Source: Candidatus Sericytochromatia bacterium
GTDB lineage: Bacteria > Cyanobacteriota > Sericytochromatia > S15B-MN24 > VGJW01
Reading direction: 5' to 3'
Assembly: GCA_035285865.1 (NCBI GenBank)
Contig: JAYKHS010000027.1
Span: 1-64,000, forward strand
DNA length: 64,000 nucleotides
In this document: positions 60,588-64,000 of the stretch, one piece after another
Layout of the letters: every line of letters starts with the position of its first letter
How positions within the stretch are numbered: the first letter of the stretch is position 1
The notes under the pieces: model-generated
Told to the model about the DNA's origin: nothing
The model's database searches: none
What the model saw: only the letters and a program-made list of their open reading frames with translations
Position numbers and translations under genes: made by a program

Positions 60588-61940
60588 ATGGCCTCCACTC
60601 AGCGTCCTCCGTCATCGCTTCGCCTGCTGGCACCCGGCCTCGCGCTGCTGGCCGCAGCCTGCGGCGTCCTTCCCGGCAAGAACCCCACGGTCGCGACCGG
60701 GGCCACCGTGGCGAGCAAGGCTGCGAACGGGTTCCTCTGGGGCGTGTCCACGGCAGCCTATCAGTGGGAGGGCAACAACGACCGCACGCAGTGGTTGGCC
60801 TTCGAGCTGGCGGGCAAGACCGAGGAGCGTGCCGGGGCAGCCGCCGACGGCTGGACCCGCTACCGCGAGGACATCGGCCTGGCCCGCGGGATGGGCCTCT
60901 CCGCCTTCCGCACCAGCCTCGACTGGGGCCGCCTGGAACCGGAAGAGGGCCGCATCGATCCCGAGGCCGTTGCCCGCTATCACGACATGCTCACCGCGAT
61001 TCGCGAGGCCGGGATGACGCCCATCGTGACGCTGATGCACTTCAGCTATCCGAAGTGGCTCGAGGACCGCTACGGCGGTTGGGAGAACCGGAAATCGGTC
61101 TATGCTTTCGAGCGATTCGCCGGCTTCGTCGCCAGGGAGTTCGGGCGGGACATCGAGTGGTACCTGACGTTCAACGAGCCCAACGTCTTCCTGGGCGGCT
61201 CGTATGTCACGGGCGCCATCGCGCCCGGACGCAAGGACGTCGGCCGTGGGCTGCTTGCCGCGCGGAACTTCGTGCTGGCGCATCAGGCCGCCTACAAGGC
61301 CATCCATGCATCCGACGCCATCGCTCGGGTCTCCTTCAACAACTATGCCGCGGCCTACAGCCTGTCGCTCAAGGCCCAGCCCGAACCCTCCACGGACATC
61401 CCCGAAGACCTCGGCAAGGACTGGATGTTCAATGCCCAGCGCCCGGTGGGCAACAAGGCGAAGTGGCTCGACTACGTGGCGCTAGACTACTATTGCCGCT
61501 GGCGCATCGGTCCCGGCTTCCAGATCAAGCCGGCATGGCAATGGGAGGTCTACCCCCAGGGCCTGCACCACGCCGTGAAGAACTACCACAAGTGGACGGG
61601 CCTGCCGGTGCTGGTGGCCGAGAACGGCTTCGCGACGGACGACCTGAAGCCCCGCGAGGACAGCTGGACCCGCGAAGCCTACCTGGTGCAGCACGTGGCC
61701 CAGTTGGAGAAGATCCGGGCCGAGGGCGTTCCCGTCCTCGGTTACGTCCATTGGTCGATCACCGACAACTGGGAGTGGGGTTCCTACAGGCCACGCTTCG
61801 GCCTGTACTCGGTCGACTGCCGCAACCGCGACTACCGGCGCGTGCCCACGGAATCCGTCGGTATCTACGCCCGCATCGCGGCTCAGGGCGGCACCGACGC
61901 GGCCATGCGGCAGCAGTTCCGGGGCCCAGCCGGGCTCTGA
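60588..61940 (+). CDS. Glycoside hydrolase family 1 lipoprotein
   Basis: Lipobox-like AAAC; FLWGVSTAAYQWEG, TFNEP, AENG and DNWEW..RFGL motifs. Confidence 0.93.
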   Translation: MASTQRPPSSLRLLAPGLALLAAACGVLPGKNPTVATGATVASKAANGFLWGVSTAAYQWEGNNDRTQWLAFELAGKTEERAGAAADGWTRYREDIGLARGMGLSAFRTSLDWGRLEPEEGRIDPEAVARYHDMLTAIREAGMTPIVTLMHFSYPKWLEDRYGGWENRKSVYAFERFAGFVAREFGRDIEWYLTFNEPNVFLGGSYVTGAIAPGRKDVGRGLLAARNFVLAHQAAYKAIHASDAIARVSFNNYAAAYSLSLKAQPEPSTDIPEDLGKDWMFNAQRPVGNKAKWLDYVALDYYCRWRIGPGFQIKPAWQWEVYPQGLHHAVKNYHKWTGLPVLVAENGFATDDLKPREDSWTREAYLVQHVAQLEKIRAEGVPVLGYVHWSITDNWEWGSYRPRFGLYSVDCRNRDYRRVPTESVGIYARIAAQGGTDAAMRQQFRGPAGL

Positions 61941-61974
61941 TCCCCCCCGAGGGACGGCGCGACAGGTTACAATG

Positions 61975-62008
61975 AAGGAAAGGGACCGGTCCCGGGTCCC
62001 CCCTTTTC
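61975..62008 (+). terminator. Putative intrinsic terminator after the GH1 gene
   Basis: AAGG..GGGACC-loop-GGTCCC..CCTTTT. Confidence 0.4.
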
Positions 62009-62011
62009 AGG

Positions 62012-63124
62012 ATGTCGCGCGTGACCGAGACCGTGGCCGCACCGTTGCGGCATACTCCCCTGCACGATCGCCATGTGGCGCTGGGTGCCCGCATGGTGGG
62101 TTTCGGGGGCTGGGCGATGCCGGTCCAATACAGCTCGATCATGGCCGAGCATCAGGCCGTCCGGGGCAATTGGGGCATCTTCGACGTCTCGCACATGGGC
62201 GAGTTCCGCGTCAGCGGCCCCGAGGCCCGCGAGTGGCTGTCGTGCCTCGTGCCCGCCAATCTGGAGGCGCTGGCCGTCGGGCACGCCGTCTACACGATGT
62301 TCACGCGTCCGACCGGCGGCGTCGTCGATGACCTCATCATCTACCGGTTCCCGGACCACCTCCTTCTGGTGGTCAATGCGGCCAACCGCGACAAGGACTG
62401 GGCGTGGCTGCAGCGCCATCTGCCCGAAGCCAACGGGCAGGCGACCCTCGAGGACGTCTCGGATGCCTGGGCGCTCATCGCGGTGCAGGGTCCTGCAGCG
62501 GCCCGCGAGCTGTCGCGCCTGTCGGGATCTGACCTGACAGGCGTCGGTTCCTTCGGCATCACGACGCTGCGGCTGGCTGACCTCGACTGCCCGGCCGGGC
62601 GGACGGGCTACACCGGCGAAGACGGGTTCGAAGTACTCGTTCCCGCCGATGCAGCCACCCGCGTCTGGGACCTGCTGATCGCCGAGGGGGCAGTGCCGTG
62701 CGGCCTCGGTGCTCGCGACACCCTGCGTCTCGAGGCCGGCCTTCCCCTGTATGGCCACGAGTGGGACGACGACACCACCCCGATCGAGGCCGGCTTCGGC
62801 TGGGCCGTGCGCAACCCGGGCCCGTACCTGGGCCGCGACGTGCACGTCCGCCAGAAGGGTGAAGGCGTCGTCCGGCGCCTGCGGGGTCTGGTCCTGACCG
62901 ACCGGGCACCTGCGCGCGAGGGCTACGTGGTGGTGGACCAGGAGGGCACGGTCCTCGGCACGGTGGCCTCGGGCACCTTTTCCCCGACGCTGGGCCATCC
63001 TGTGGCCACGGCCTACCTGCCTGCGACCTTGCCCACGGGCCACGAAGTCTCCGTCCGCGTGCGTGACCGCCTCGTACCCGCCCGTGTCGTCGCCCTGCCG
63101 TTCTATCGCCGCCCTGCAACCTAG
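62012..63124 (+). CDS. gcvT: Glycine cleavage system aminomethyltransferase T
   Basis: FDVSHMG, RTGYTGEDGFE and GLGARDTLRLEAG motifs. Confidence 0.97.
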   Translation: MSRVTETVAAPLRHTPLHDRHVALGARMVGFGGWAMPVQYSSIMAEHQAVRGNWGIFDVSHMGEFRVSGPEAREWLSCLVPANLEALAVGHAVYTMFTRPTGGVVDDLIIYRFPDHLLLVVNAANRDKDWAWLQRHLPEANGQATLEDVSDAWALIAVQGPAAARELSRLSGSDLTGVGSFGITTLRLADLDCPAGRTGYTGEDGFEVLVPADAATRVWDLLIAEGAVPCGLGARDTLRLEAGLPLYGHEWDDDTTPIEAGFGWAVRNPGPYLGRDVHVRQKGEGVVRRLRGLVLTDRAPAREGYVVVDQEGTVLGTVASGTFSPTLGHPVATAYLPATLPTGHEVSVRVRDRLVPARVVALPFYRRPAT

Positions 63125-63140
63125 CCCCTCGGAGGTCTCC

Positions 63141-63509
63141 ATGATCCGCTTCGCCACGTCCCACGAATACGCCCGCAAGGAAGGCGACCGCTACCGCGTG
63201 GGCATCACGCCGTTCGCCTCCGAGCAGTTGGGCGACGTGGTCTACGTCGAGTTGCCCAAGGTTGGCCGCACCTACGCTGCAGGCGAGGAGTTCGGCGTCG
63301 TCGAATCGGTCAAGGCCGTCTCGAGCCTCTACATGCCGGTCGCAGGCACGGTCGTCGAGGTCAACGACCCTGTCGTCCAGGATCCCGGCATCCTCAACTC
63401 CGACCCCATGGACCGCGGCTGGATGGTCGTCATCGAGACCTCCGACCCGTCCGCCTTCGACGCCCTGCTGACCGAAGAAGCCTATCAGGCCGAGATCGCG
63501 AGTCACTGA
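63141..63509 (+). CDS. gcvH: Glycine cleavage system H protein
   Basis: [22 protein letters not shown] and VESVKA (lipoyl Lys) motifs. Confidence 0.96.
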   Translation: MIRFATSHEYARKEGDRYRVGITPFASEQLGDVVYVELPKVGRTYAAGEEFGVVESVKAVSSLYMPVAGTVVEVNDPVVQDPGILNSDPMDRGWMVVIETSDPSAFDALLTEEAYQAEIASH

Positions 63510-64000
63510 TGACCTACGCTTACCTCCCGCACACGCCGGCCGACCGGGCGGCCATGCTCGACAGCATCGGGGTTTCCTCGATGGATGCCTTGCTGAGCCA
63601 CATCCCCAAAGCCCTGCGGGAGGTCCGCCTGGACCTGCCTCGGCCCCACGCCGAAGCCGAGATCCAGCAGCGCCTCGCGCGGCTCGCGGCCCGCAACGTG
63701 TCCGCCAGCCAGCAGGCCAGCTTCGTCGGGGCCGGGGTGACCCATCGCTACCGCCCCGCAGCCGTCGACCAGATTGCCTCGCGGTCCGAGTTCTACACCG
63801 CGTACACGCCCTACCAGCCCGAGGTCAGTCAGGGCACGCTTCAGGCCATCTTCGAGTTCCAGTCGATGATCTGCGAACTGACGGGCATGGACGTGGCCAA
63901 CGCGTCGATGTACGACGGCTCGACAGCGGTCGCCGAGGCGGCCCTGATGGCCGTCCGCGTCACGAATCGTCCCCGCGTCCTGGTCTGCGGCTCGGTCCAT
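63509..64000 (+). CDS. gcvPA: Glycine dehydrogenase subunit 1 (3' partial)
   Basis: [44 protein letters not shown] and NASMYDG; runs off the window end. Confidence 0.95.
   Translation, partial: MTYAYLPHTPADRAAMLDSIGVSSMDALLSHIPKALREVRLDLPRPHAEAEIQQRLARLAARNVSASQQASFVGAGVTHRYRPAAVDQIASRSEFYTAYTPYQPEVSQGTLQAIFEFQSMICELTGMDVANASMYDGSTAVAEAALMAVRVTNRPRVLVCGSVH

Noticed and set aside
61941..62011. Possible glycine riboswitch upstream of gcvT
   Set aside because: The intergenic region is only 71 bp and lacks the aptamer core; it looks like a simple hairpin

Overview
High-GC bacterial chromosomal window, probably from a non-photosynthetic Cyanobacteriota relative such as Ca. Sericytochromatia (inferred from DUF4330 and IctB-family genes alongside rapZ-yvcK, secA-prfB, deoB/pdp and a split gcvPA). 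Most of it is housekeeping: rapZ/yvcK, rsmE, a ThyX-like gene, rpmE, secA, frameshifted prfB, an ADP-heptose/LPS block, larE-larB-larC, xth, ispD, deoB, pdp, mutS, pth-prs-glmU-rsgA-rlmN-rsmB, gcvT-H-PA and two tRNAs (Arg-ACG, Thr-TGT). An IS3-family element ends at 765, next to the tRNA-Arg 3' end. Two accessory loci stand out. (1) 1161-6053 is a tightly coupled operon: a zinc-metalloprotease-like protein, a ComQ-like prenyltransferase and a ComP-like PDZ/multi-TM sensor whose output is a PP2C phosphatase. It is a candidate variant of isoprenylated-peptide signalling. (2) 43015-44953 holds four tandem, apparently separately transcribed paralogs of a small Cys/Trp/Tyr/His-free amphipathic protein, sharing a bipartite upstream motif; one copy has lost its ATG. 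Pho-box-like 11-bp periodic repeats precede both phosphodiester glycosidase loci and the GH1 gene. I saw no CRISPR array or rRNA. All product calls come from motif recognition by eye; no database searches were run.
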